NCBI RefSeq assembly: GCF_964204645.1
Contig: NC_134027.1
Coordinates: 2,822,485-2,886,484 of the forward strand
Reading direction: 5' to 3'
DNA from: Tubulanus polymorphus
Taxonomy: Eukaryota > Animalia > Nemertea
Length of the DNA stretch: 64,000 bases
Of the stretch, positions 26,563-39,600 are shown piece after piece (position 1 is the first letter of the stretch; every line of letters begins with the position of its first letter). The notes under the pieces were generated by a model. The model saw nothing but the letters and a program-made list of their open reading frames with translations, searched no databases and was not told where the DNA came from. A program made the position numbers and the translations under genes.

Positions 26563-28338
26563 ATGAACAACAACCCCAACCACGATTCATATTCTTTGTA
26601 TTAATAGTCACTCCTCGATTGTCTGGCGCGTTATACAAATTACTGTCACCTCCATGACGTTTTTTTAATTCCTGTAAAACATCAACGAATTAGAAACCAT
26701 TAAAAACGAATAATAAAAAAAACATGAACAAAGTACATTACGCTTGCCTCGTAACTTGTGGCATGGACAAATCTCTGAGGTATGCAAATTCCGAGGGAAT
26801 CAGAGCAAGGATGGGTCTTTATCATAATGAATTGGAGTATGAAAATATTATCGATTATCCTCTGTCCGAGGCAATCGACTCGCGGTACATGGAATCTACC
26901 ACTGATGTCAGAATAGATATGAAAATTCATAATTACGTACAATGGCCATTTTAATAAACGCTTCATCTACATTAGTATTGTCTTTAGCACTGGTTTCTAC
27001 GGCATCCATCATGTTTAAATGTTGGGCGAGTTCTTGAGCCTGTTCATCGTTAACTTCACGTAAACTTTCCAAATCTTTTTTATTCCCTACAAAATGATAA
27101 TGTGATGATAAATGAATGTGATTTTTGGTTAATTAACTAGAGGACTCATTCAGACAGCACTTCAAACACCACGGCATCTAGATGTGCTGTAAATTTGAAG
27201 AAATAACCGGGAATAATGGTATACAAACATGCAAGGGCTGAAGTGACAACCCTCACGACACAAATTTTCTATTCTCAAAAAGCAATTGAAATACGTCCCG
27301 AATAGGTCCTGACTACGATTCGGATAGGTCTGGCAGAATATCCACTTCACTTTTTTCTTGATTCTCAATTCAGTGAAACATCAACAGGTCAAACGCTACT
27401 GATTGCAGCGGGGTTTACTGCGTATCAGTTAATACGAACCTATAAGCAGTTGAACTACGTTAGAACCGGCGTATTTAAGAACATCTTCTTCCCATCTACG
27501 AACGTTGTCGAATGATTCTCGTTTAGTAATATCGTAAGCGATAACAACTCCATTAGCGCTCCTGTAGTAGCTCTGCGTGATCGTACGAAAACGTTCTTGT
27601 CCAGCTGTATCCCACACTTGTAACTGAAAATATTAAATAGAATAGATAATAATCGGTTTAATCAATATCAAGGACAAAGAAAGCTTGTCATCATCGAGGA
27701 GGGTCTCGATGATGCTTCAACAAGAACCTCTAAGACATGCATGATGTTTTCTCAATATTTTCAAATTACTGTGACTTTACAAACCCTCAGTTTGCTTATT
27801 TGAAGTGCTTTATTTAATTATTAAGTCTGCGCATGATGCGAACACTTGTAAGATTAGCAGAAAATGCCTCCATTTCACTTTGAAACTACTTAGTCATTAT
27901 AATACTACTGTGGCTCGTTAGCAACAAGACAACTTGAGCGAAGCATGTATCATCGCTTAGCAGTCAACAAAATCTTGACTTGTTCAGCAACTGTAGAGCG
28001 AATTTGAATATACGCATCTGGGTGCGTGGTTCATGCTCCAGACAAGATGACTGCGGGATGCCAGATGGAATATCGTCGTAGGTACCTTGGTCTTCAAACA
28101 ACAGCACGCTTTCAAATTTAAAAAGAATAAATCGTACCTTAACTCGTTTTCCATCGAGGTTTAAGGTTTTCATTGTGAAATCGACGCCTATCGTGCTTCC
28201 ATGTTTTTCCATAAAATTTCCAGTTTTGAACCTCTGAACGACGCATGTCTTTCCGACACCGGTATCACCGATTAACACTATTTTGAATAAATAATCGAAG
28301 GCGTCATCGTTATCTAGGGGTGAGTTCTGTTGAGCCAT
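26561..28338 (-). CDS. RAB43: Ras-related protein Rab-43/Rab-19, 4 coding exons
   Basis: Exons 28338-28138, 27623-27440, 27086-26941, 26671-26561. [54 protein letters not shown]-terminal GWGCCS prenylation motif. Confidence 0.93.
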
Positions 28339-29395
28339 TTGTTTACATTTGAGTTAAAAAAGGACTATATTATATGAAAAGGATCACTAAAAAATAGGGG
28401 AAAATGGTGAAAACTGCACTCGAGATAGAGGAAACACTTCCTGGTTTTAACGGTGTTGTCTATATCGGATGGCCCAGGATCCCCTTTTGTAAAATGATGT
28501 GGTTCGAGTCCCGAGTTCGCGACGGGTTTTGTCATCTTAATTCTAACAGATATAGTTTTCTCTTTGTTCGATCTATTTTTTTCCAATCATATAGAAAATA
28601 AATCCTCTTAAATCAGTAGAAATTAATAATCTTTCAAAAATAGGTGACATTCAAAGATTGTTTTTATTATTCGCAACGAACCCCTCTGGTCCGGTCCATT
28701 TGTCCGACCCGTACTTCGTCTAACAGTAATCATTACGTCCGCGCTCAACAAATTATCTCGAAAATCACTGAACCATGAATAATGTAATTTTGTACAAAAC
28801 TATTGTTTAAAAAGGTATTGTTATTTGAAATCAGTTACAATTAATCATGCATTGAATTGCAAGTCGGGAGCAAGTGTGGACGTGATAGCTGATAAACGCT
28901 GGGCCTGGATAAAGCCGACTCGACACTGATCTGATGTAAAGTGACTGACATGACACTTCTCCAGGCCAGGGCCAGGCGAGCGATAGCCACTTGTTGAAAG
29001 TTGGCGTAGCACTAGCCAGCAGGGAATTATTCTACCATATTGTTGAGTTTTTTGGAGCTTGTTAATTCAGTTAGTGCCACATCAGTTAATGCCATAATTG
29101 TTGTTAAAAGAAACGAAATTGAATTTAGCACAATTTTTGGATGTTTGTTGTGTTGTTGGTATTATGGTCTACTAGTGAGGTTAACTTAAATTAGTTGGTA
29201 GGATTGGATAGGGTAAGAAGAGAAAAATAGTGCGGTGAATGTTACGGCCCGTCTGTTAAGATATTTTGAAAAGATGTAATTAACAAAGTCAGAGAAACAG
29301 TTTGAAAATCACTGTCCTGAAGGCAACCTCGCTGGAAAGAAGCCTAGAACCACCCATGATGTATAAACTGTTATTTCTGTCTTTCAGGTGCAACA

Positions 29396-32067
29396 ATGAA
29401 TTTTGCGGAAAGTTTGAAATTTCGGTTCATCAACCGCATTGAATTATGCAAACAGGTCACACGCATGAACTGTCAGTATATGATACAAGCAGCGCGAAAC
29501 ATGGACGTATCGACATTTAAAATATGGCTGCGACATTGTAGAACTCATATCGGCGTTCAAAATCTGCGACATTTGGCAACGTTACTGTTAATACTAGCGT
29601 TAAGCTTCGGAATGTACAATAGGTGGCGTTTCACGAGGAATACGACCATTCTTGTTCTGTGTCTGGTCGGGTTGTTGATATTTTCTTTAATATGCGTAAT
29701 CACATATTACCTATCGATGAGGTCAGCGGCGTCGGCGCTGATTCGAATGTGGATTTGCTATTTTATGGGAATCGTTTCGTTCACGGAGAAACCGACGTTC
29801 GACCACGACGGTTTCGAGCAGGCGATGAACGCGCTGTTCGTAACGAGTTTAGTCGTGCAGTTCGTCGCGAGCTTCTTCGCGCAGGCGACCACCGCTCACG
29901 GATTACCGGGACCGCTTCTGTCGTTGATCGAGTTGTTAGAACTGACGGGAATGATCGTGGCTAGTATGACAATCGCTAGCGATATGCTCGCCTTTTCCAT
30001 ATTACTCGTATCGTTCGGGTTGACAGTCGTCGCCTTGCGTCTTAAATCATTCGTCGGACTTTTGAACATATTTCTACTCGCCGTTCTAACGGGTGTCTAT
30101 TTCTTCCCGAAATTACGCATACGCCTCGATATAAACTGTTTCAGTTTATCGTGTTTCGCTGTGAAGCTGTTAATTGATCCGTTACTGCAGTGGTTATTCT
30201 GTAAGGATAGCGTACTCGACCGATGGCAACGCTTTCTAAAACTATCGGTACTATTTCGACATTCCGCGATATTGCTGTTTGCCGTTATCGAACTGGCGTA
30301 TTGTATAACTTGTGCAGTTGTAATCCCGACTCATAAAGAATGGTATATCGTCGTGCCGATATTCATGGCCGCCGCGACGTTCTGGCTGCTCTGTCACGTC
30401 ATATTCGTTATAACGTGTTGGCAGCTGATGAAGAAAATCACGATTTGCAACACGACGTTTAAATACGCGTCGGACTCCAGTCGTAATATCAACCGAATCA
30501 TGGAATCGAAAGGCGTGCGACATTTCAGTTTGATATCTCAGCGTTTGACGTGTGTTACGTTGATCACGACGTTCTTGATCGCGGTCGTATCTTGGGAAAC
30601 TCGAACCGTAACGACGCTCGCTGCTTTCCTCGTTGTTTTACCATTAGAAGGTCTAGTATTCAGCTTACTGTTAGAGTTAGGACGAGCGCTAGGTGGGAGA
30701 TGTATCGGGTATGCTATTGTTGCTCCAGCGTTACAACACAGGTAAGTTTGATATCTAAGATTATGAAGAATGATGTAGAAATCTATTACAGTAAACCCGT
30801 GATTATCTGACTACCACCCTCGGTTTTCTGTGCAAGTCTTTTATTGTTGATTACATTTAGTTCATTTACAATTGAAATGATAGCCACTAATCGACCAATT
30901 TAATTATCTGCCAGCAGCGTCGAGAGTTGACTTTCTTTATTCCACGAATATAAGATGTATTTGGTATATTATTCAGAGCTGATGGCGCGACTACACTGAT
31001 AGCTGAGTCTCTCATACAGGAGACTGGCAGTCGTTCGATGGTAATATTGAATACAATCGAGAGATTCTTCACTCATCATATGGTGCACATATTCGGCTGT
31101 GATTACACGTCGAGTGGGCTGACGTTAGAAGCCGTTCAAGCGAAACTTCAAACATTCTTCGATAAAAACACCGATGATGGCCCGTGTTATGATACGTATA
31201 TCTTGTACTATAGTGGACTGAGTCATGATAGCGGTGACTGGGCTCTGACAGGTAAAATAGATATCTCTATTCCTGACCGAATTGAAATCACATTCGAACC
31301 TGCTTTATTTAGATTATTTGAGCCGATGAAATCAATCTGGTGTATGAGAATTCTCTTTTACATATATACGGTACAGCTTAGAATTAAATTAACCGTTTTG
31401 TTTACATTTAAAACGAAAATTGATCGGTGTTTTGGAAAGAAATTAAACGCGTAACGTACATCGTTGTATCGGTTTTAAAACTTACTAGTTAGCTTTCTTG
31501 TTATTCGATTTTGTAGGAAATACAATTCTACAGTTGGAAACTATTATCAACATGTGGAAGGAGAAGCGCGATCATTCGGGAGCTCGACTCGTCATGATTC
31601 TCGACACGGCGAATTCTTACCGGTGGATTCGTGCGGTGCAGCGTAATTCACGAGAGATGATCGCCGTTCAGACGTGCGTTTACGTTCCGCCGTCGAACGC
31701 GGAGGAGGGTCGCCGCGGTCAGATCGGTGATTTCACGTGTCAGTGGGTCGTCGATAACTGTACTGCGGTTGGCGCCGATGATTTGAACTGGGGGGAGAAA
31801 GGTCTGCAGCCGGAGTACGGCGTCTCTCGACGATGGACGAACTTTTCGTTTCATCTTCCGACCGATGAGGACATCGCTCATCACTGGCAGAGTAACTTCC
31901 CGAAATTAGCTCAACCGCTCGTGATGTGTGTTAGTTGTTCGTTGTTGGGAAGTAATATTTTCTGTTGCTGTGAATGTTTGTTCAGATGTATGAAGCGCAA
32001 GAAAATGTTATGGTTTCCTCCGAAACAGTTAGATACGGATCACGGTTTCCGATTGATTCGAAGTTGA
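29396..32067 (+). CDS. TMEM168: Transmembrane protein 168, 3 coding exons
   Basis: Exons 29396-30741, 30977-31251, 31517-32067. Multi-pass N-terminal part; MESKGVRHFSLISQRL, LGGRCIGYAIVAP, IERFFTHHMVHIFGCDYTSSGL, YDTYILYYSG, YGVSRRWTNFSFHLPT, WFPPKQLDTDHGFRLIRS-stop, as recalled for TMEM168. Confidence 0.92.
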
Positions 32068-33606
32068 ATCAATTTTATAGATTTCATGTCCCTTCACTGA
32101 TTATACGGCGGAACCTTATTATGACTTATCGGGTACAAACTTCGAATTATTTCATCCCAAAAAATGGCAATTTTGATAATTTCATACTGGATATGACGAA
32201 ATATCATTTAAAACGAACGTATTTTCAGGTGCACTGAAGTTCGTTGTAACGAGGTTCCACTCTATTATTTCTGAAGTATTTCTCTTTCACAGTCTAAGTT
32301 TAAATGCTAATGATATTGATTTATTGTAAAATAAAAACCGCTATAGCCTGAAATCCTACTGTATATGATATTAATCAAACGTGAACATTTTTCACCAGAT
32401 TGAATGGTCTCGAAATCAATGATCAAAAATTAAAATGCATAATGAGAAATTCAGGTTTGCTATATTACCAACATACGCAGCTTCCAGTTTATATGTATGT
32501 GTGCAAATTCAAAATGTAAAATGAAAATCTTTACAAATTCATGGTCCCTACGTCTCCTTGATTCTTTAAAAACTTCTTCTAAACAGAAAATACTTTCAAA
32601 CGCACTTGAAACTCCTTGAATTTCAGCAAAATGCACAAAACTACTTCGAGTTTAGTTTTGGTCCTAGGGTAAAAATTAGCTTATGAAATCATCGAGTTAA
32701 TGGTTTAATGTAGGGACCGTGTAATTTGAATGAGACTTGTTTTGTAAGAATGTTGTACTTCCTTAAACTATCTTATTGTGCTATGAGTGGCTTTCATTGT
32801 GATGACGAATGGAAGAAATCTTCGCCGTTTTATTTATTTATTATTTTGTTATATATGTGTACAACTTCAATCAATTTTTGGATCATTGTCATTGTATGGA
32901 TGTATTATGTATGTAGAATATATTTGATGTCCTTTGATTTGTTAGAAAAATTAATAAAGAAAATAAACTCTTCCAATACGTAATATTTATCAGTAGTCAT
33001 TGTCAGTATATTGAAGCATTGTGCCTGGTAGATGAGTACAGCGTTATCTGCATAGTGAGCGATGAAATTCGAAAAAAAAAACTAATATGAATGTCCTACA
33101 GAAGTTAATATTTATTATAAATTAAAACCTCCGATCAAAAATATAATACACGACATGAGATATCTCATTTCCTTGAACTTTCACAATATTGCCCTCAAAC
33201 CGTTTTCATTGTATATGTACAGCTACTTTATCCATTTCTGACTAGAATCGACACATTGGTTTTGAGAGATATAACAATTACAGATAAATTTTTTTTAGAG
33301 ATCGTAGAACAATGCCGTCCGTACAACTATCCGCATTTATGACCACAGATGAAAATAATAAGGCGCGCAAGGGACATTTAACATACAATCCATTCTTCGA
33401 TCAGTCATCCGTTCTTAGGTACACGGCTTTTATTAGATAAGAACATGTTGAAGTATTTGTCTATCATTAAATTATGACTGTTAGCTTAAATAGAAGATAT
33501 ATCACATTATTGTGCGTTTCTACGCAACACGTATGAATAAATACAACGAATATCTCTATACAGTGAAACTCTCTACACGATAGTCGATCCTAGCTATTTT
33601 TCGTAT

Positions 33607-36600
33607 TTATAAATGAGTTTCATGGGTTTGATGAGTTTGTTGTGTTTGTTTTAACGAATGACTGCTATCTGAAGCGATGTAAGCGGGATTATCTACACCG
33701 TCTGCTGCTGGTTGTTCTATCATGCTAGCCGGTGTATGACTCTTCTCTCTATGTACCTCTACGTTACATGTTATAACATTCACTTGCGGAACGGCGTTGT
33801 CCGCAATTTCAGATGCGACTGAATAGGTTTCAACATCAGGCATTTGACTGACGGCAGATGCTATGATATCAGGTGTTACAGTTGATTTACGATTACTCGC
33901 CATTGAGCTCCGGTCGCTGATTTGGCTCGAGCGTCCAAGGTTTTCCTCTAACATCCCTAACTCAGCCAATTCAGCATTTAGTGTATCCTTGCTTTGTTTG
34001 GAAATTGGACGACTGTGAACATGTTCGACACTTGGACTTCTATCTCCAGTTTCATCAACAAGTTTGATTCCTGAAATATTTACTGAATCCAATGACATTC
34101 GTAGATTCGTAGTGCATAAAACAATTCCCAATAATTAACCAGCATTATATACCTTGACCCGGTGCTGGGGTGCATCGTCTTTGGTTCAACTCTCTTTCAA
34201 CGTCTTGTAAAAGTGATTCTAACGATTCGTCGTTGTCATCCAGATTTAAAGCCGGCTCTCCTGATAGAGAAATGTCCTCATCTGACATTTGTGAGATGAC
34301 ATCAGGCTCCGCTTCATCGCCGTTCTAAATATAGATATATCGAAAAATTATAATCAAAAACATAAAAGAATGATCTTTTCGGTCTCTGTGAGTCGTCGGG
34401 TATGATCATGTGTATGATCAATTATTCATCATGTGGGCAATATGGCTACTCTATCATTATCACAATATTTTGAATGACAGGATGAATGCAGTCGTACCTG
34501 CGCGATGTTAGTATTTGTAGGTTGTTCATCTGAAGAGCTCAAGATTGATAGATTATCATCTTCTGTCGCTATCGGTTGTTCTGTAACCTCTGGTGAACTG
34601 GGAGGTGAAACATTATCCTTCAATTCATCTGTTATACTTCGTGCGAGTTTCCGTTTAACGGGTAATGCCTGTTCAGGGTTCACCTTGTTCGATTTTGATT
34701 TCTTGCCCAGCATTCTCCCCACTCCAGAATCAGGTTTGATCACCTGGAAAGAGATGTACACACATGTAAAATGTTGTCAGATGCGTACATGCTGGGCACT
34801 AATGGTATTTACCTTGATAACGGTTTTGACAAGTTTTGGTGTTGGTTCACGCTTGATGACCTCAACAGGTTCTGGAATTGACCTTTTCTTCTCTTCTATC
34901 TTCTTGTTTTGATTCAGCAGTTTCCTGAATGATGAAATGGTGAAATGATGCCAGCTAACCCTCTCGCGGAAAAAGTTGATTTTCAATTAGTTAAGTGATA
35001 GATTGAAGGAAGGCAATTAGAACAATATGCAACATACTTTGATCGTTTCTTCAATAGAGCAGCAGCTTCCGGGTAATCGTTCATCGCTTCATCAAAATCA
35101 GCCTTCGACAATAGGAACAAATTCGAGAAACCTTTCGATCTAACATCAGCAGTCCTACGATTTCCACCCGACAACGCCAATAAACTAAAATATAAGAGAA
35201 CGTCACATTTTCCGTATATTAATCTTATATCATACATTATCTTGAATGACTAGATGCTGGTATTGTGTTTGAGAAGCATACCTTATTTCACCGAACACAC
35301 TACCCGTATGTAAAGTAGCAAACACGGTATCATTATTAGGTCCACCCACCACTTCCACAGAGCCGTTCATCACTATGTACATTTCCGTTCCTACCTCACC
35401 CTATAAACACGAAATGATAGAAATTAAATGACAAAATCAAGGATAAATCTCTCAATCGAATAATTACTGTAATCAATGAAGACTCGATGACATGATTACC
35501 TTTTTTTGACGATGACGTACCTTTTTACAAATAAAATCACCCGGCAAATACAAAACAGGTTTCAACTTCAAGATCATGTCGTATAACAAATTCTTATCAC
35601 AGTCCTGCAAATTTACAAGTTGAAAAAGTGAGATTTTATCCTCAGTCTTTTGATTATTTTAGATGCGCGCTTTTGACCACCAACCTGGAAGAGTTTAACT
35701 TTAGACAATGTCTGGAAGTGAACGTGAATAGCAAGATCAGTCCTCATCTTACGCGGAAGCGTGTCGATCAAACTGTTTTCATCTGAGAAAGAATATTAAT
35801 ATTTCAATCCATGAAGTTAATGAAATACAGATCCGCGTTGAGAATAATTGAAGGGGTACGTCCTCCTCGACTTTGAATTCAATATTTCGATTCAAACTTA
35901 CTAAGCGTTTTCTGTTGGTCCCAGTTATAGTTGAACCAGGTCCGAACGCGGTTTTGGAGATTTTTGGGTAGGTTTAGTGACTGCATGTACCAGATAGTGA
36001 TATCCATGGTTTTACGATAGTTTGATTTGACAGCTCCAGCCGCTTCGAAAATATCGCGAATCTGACCGATCAACGACGCGAACACGAACACACCCGACAA
36101 CCAGTAAACCGTCATGAATATATATTCGAGATTGTTCGTCGGAATCGGATTTTTGCCGATAGAAGTTGCAGTTTTTGTGGCGATATAAAAACATCTGATA
36201 TACCTAAAATAGAAAATGTGAAACTCGATATAGTAGAAAGACAATTATAAAAGGAGGTATTCAAATTACTTATGAAATTTTGCAATTCACACATCTACTT
36301 ACGGTGTAACCGGTTTATCAGGGTCGTTTCTAAAGACCCAGGTCGTAGTGCCAAATCCTTGTAGAAATGAGACCAGATAATACCCGCAACTTTCTATGTG
36401 TATCAAGTATACCATGTACGTGCATGTCTTCAACACTCTACAAGAGAATACATATTCTTATTCCCGGTATTCTTTAAAAAACGAATCTTTGATTTTTCGA
36501 TCTTTTAAATCTTTCTGGTTTTTTCATTGTGGGTTTCACATTTGTGATACCCGACAGTTTGATTTGTACAGTGATAAATCAGTTCATTAGACAATTAGGC

Positions 36601-39600
36601 ACCGCTGAATCATAAATTTACCTGATGATATGACCAGATTTAGCGGCTTGATCAAATCGATCGAAAAATTCCCAGAACGTCTTAATCTGTTAAACGAAGA
36701 GCAAAGAAAACGTGATGTTTAGACTTTAACACGTTTAGAAAATGAACACAAATCCCGTTGATGTTGATCGGAAACGAGGTCGTTTTTTTATATAGGCGTG
36801 CTTTCGCGATTCATTTGCAATCTTTTTATTCCAACGAATCACGAGGTTTTTAATTACACTAATCATATTCTTCAGAGGAAGAGAGAGAGAGAGGGAGAGA
36901 TAGGGAGAGAGAGAGTAACTGTTTTTATGCATTCATCTTATTAGATGATCACGACTTTACCTTGAGAACCCGTGCAGCGCGAAGGAATGGCTGGTATCCG
37001 ACAGCTAGGTAGAGTATATCCAATGGCAGCAATGATGCAACATCCAACTGGATTTTAAGAGTTAATTGAAAAACTTAAACATCTTATTCTTATAAAACTG
37101 AATTACTAATTTCCTTTCCTTTTACCTTGAAATCGATTTTTCGAAAGTAATGTTTTTTCGTTTCTTCGAATCGCGTCTGTAAAAAGGGATTCAAATGATG
37201 GGAGTTTTTAATACTTCTCGCGTCAAGTTTTAATTAATGACTGGTTTAATTAGTTCTTTTACTCGACTTACCTCAACGATACCGTTATTAATAAAACTTA
37301 TCCGACATTTTACGAGGACAATGTCGAGAATGTAGATTAAATCGGACAGATAATCAAAGCACAACCAGGCAGGAGTCGTTTCATACATCGGAGACGTCGG
37401 ATTCTCGTGGAGACCGAAACAACCTCGTAACGGTATCACCCAGGCGTTGTATATGAATGCCAAAGCCACGATAAACAACCACATCACATACCAGGGACCT
37501 TAATTCGTATTAGAAAACAATAATGAAAAATCTCAAGTAGAAAGATGGTTATTATAAACGTCATTTTCTAACGGGTTTAAACAGTCTATTAGCACGAAAG
37601 GTTTCATAAGTAAATGCCTCACAAAAAAAAACTGAATAAAAGCGTGTTTCTAATTTTACTGACGTGTTGCCACTAAAATGAAACACCTTTCACAAATCAT
37701 TAAGCGTCACTCGGATAATGGTTACGTGACGCACTAATGTAATTATAAGCACTGGTAAATTGGAAGTGATATCTTAAAATGGGATGAACAATAACTTTAC
37801 AAATTTCATTACCGTAGGTCGGAGAGGGAAATGTCATTAGATTAATATTTGATTCGTAATTCGATAGAGTCAATTACTTACTTTGAGGCTCGATGATTTT
37901 AGGTAGTTTGAATTTCGAAAGAAACTTCGGAGCTTTAAAACGACATTTTCCGCAACCGACGTACTTTACGACCACCTCCTCGGCCTTTTCCGGCGGTCCG
38001 GGAAAAAAGAAATGTTCCTCCTTTTCAGCATCGCCATCTTTATCATCTTCATTTTTATCTAAAAGTGAAATGATTTCATTCATATATTTGTTTTGGAAAA
38101 TAGAACTTTGCTTTCAATTATAATGACAGAGATGATGAATTGAACGGGTCAAACCGGCACAGGCAGGTATCACTCACTCTTTACTAAAAAAAAAAAAAAC
38201 ATAACGATGCTGACGGAATAATTTGACCGCAAGGGTACGGCGTTTATGTTTGGGCTACGTTTGGCCCGTCATGGACCCATTTGGCACCAGTGAACGGTTC
38301 ACCCTGGTGAAAAACATTCGTGCACGAACCCGGTTAATAATGATGTGTATTGATACTGCGAGCACGGATTAGAAACCCATCAAATACTTCACACCGATCA
38401 TTCTCAACAGACGACACGTCGAATTATTTTGACATCAATCAATAAGTATTATCCCAGTTGACGAGCAGACGGTATATTCACAAATCACGAAAGTTAGTTA
38501 TTTCCGTTATTGCAAGCTGGATGAATGCAGTTAATAGCAGTTTATTCTGGGTAAATAAAAGATGAGCGATGAGAAGGCAAGGGTCAAGTAGTAAAATCTT
38601 GCGGTTAATTACGGACGCGGGGAATATGTTTCTTATACCGATGTTTGAACAACACTTGGGTAACGTGACGGAGAATGGTTGAGTGTTGCCGACTCTCTTT
38701 CCCAGAAGAGTTCTCATCAACTGAAGAAGCTCGTCATAAATGTATATATATATATGTATGTAGATATCGAAATTTGCGCTGTATCGGTGAAATAGAGCCG
38801 GCAACAGTCGATGTTGTTATTATACATGAAAAAACTAGGTATATGTCAGATATCTGAAGGGGTTTTACTTTATTATTATGCAGAATTTCTCACTTGGCAT
38901 ATCGATCTGAAATATGCGAATCTTTGACGAGGATCGTCGGCGATACTTGTTAAAGTAACAACCGTCTTTCAAACAAGAACTAGGCCCGTCAACGACAAGG
39001 ATGTAGATCATGTATGATTTAAAACACCTCCGGGATCCGTATAAGATTTATATTTATGAACTGGGAACAGGATCAGAGAATGACTAGATAGAGTGAGATT
39101 TATTAAAGGCCAGAGCAGTTCCCATCGGAACAACGGGTAGAATGTACCAGTTCATGCTTATCACATTCGCACAGGCGAAAATCTCATTTTTAAGAAACAC
39201 GATATGATGCAAATGGGATGCACCTTCGCCGGCGATCTTTTTTCGCGGGAAATAAGGTTTGGTCTCTTAGAACATGATGGGGTGTCATATTAATGAGAAT
39301 GACAAATAGGACGGGATTGTCTATTCAATGAGGACAGAGAATGCTCGCAATCGTGAACTGCGAAAGTTGAGTGGGCGTAGGTTGCTAAAAGAAACATGCT
39401 CAATCCTTTGATCCGTGGTCGAAAAACTGTCGGAGGTGTCTCTATTTTAAGGAATGGCTTTTTATGGCATTCCGTCGAAACATCTCATCGTCGATGTTTA
39501 TGGAAGTCACGTCTATCGAGACGGGAGACCCATGAATGCCAAATGAAAGGTTAATTTTCTCCATGCCTTCAAACTGAGAAAATAGCAAATCCACCGGTGG

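Noticed and set aside
29623-30810. Overlapping alternative-frame and antisense ORFs inside TMEM168 (similarly inside ENTR1, RTCB, CNG and LicD exons)
   Set aside because: Shadow ORFs of real, GC-richer coding exons.
38714-38815. Hammerhead-like CTGAAGA motif with complementary CATC/GATG flanks
   Set aside because: The GAAAC box is not intact at the expected position and a TA microsatellite interrupts the putative stem II.
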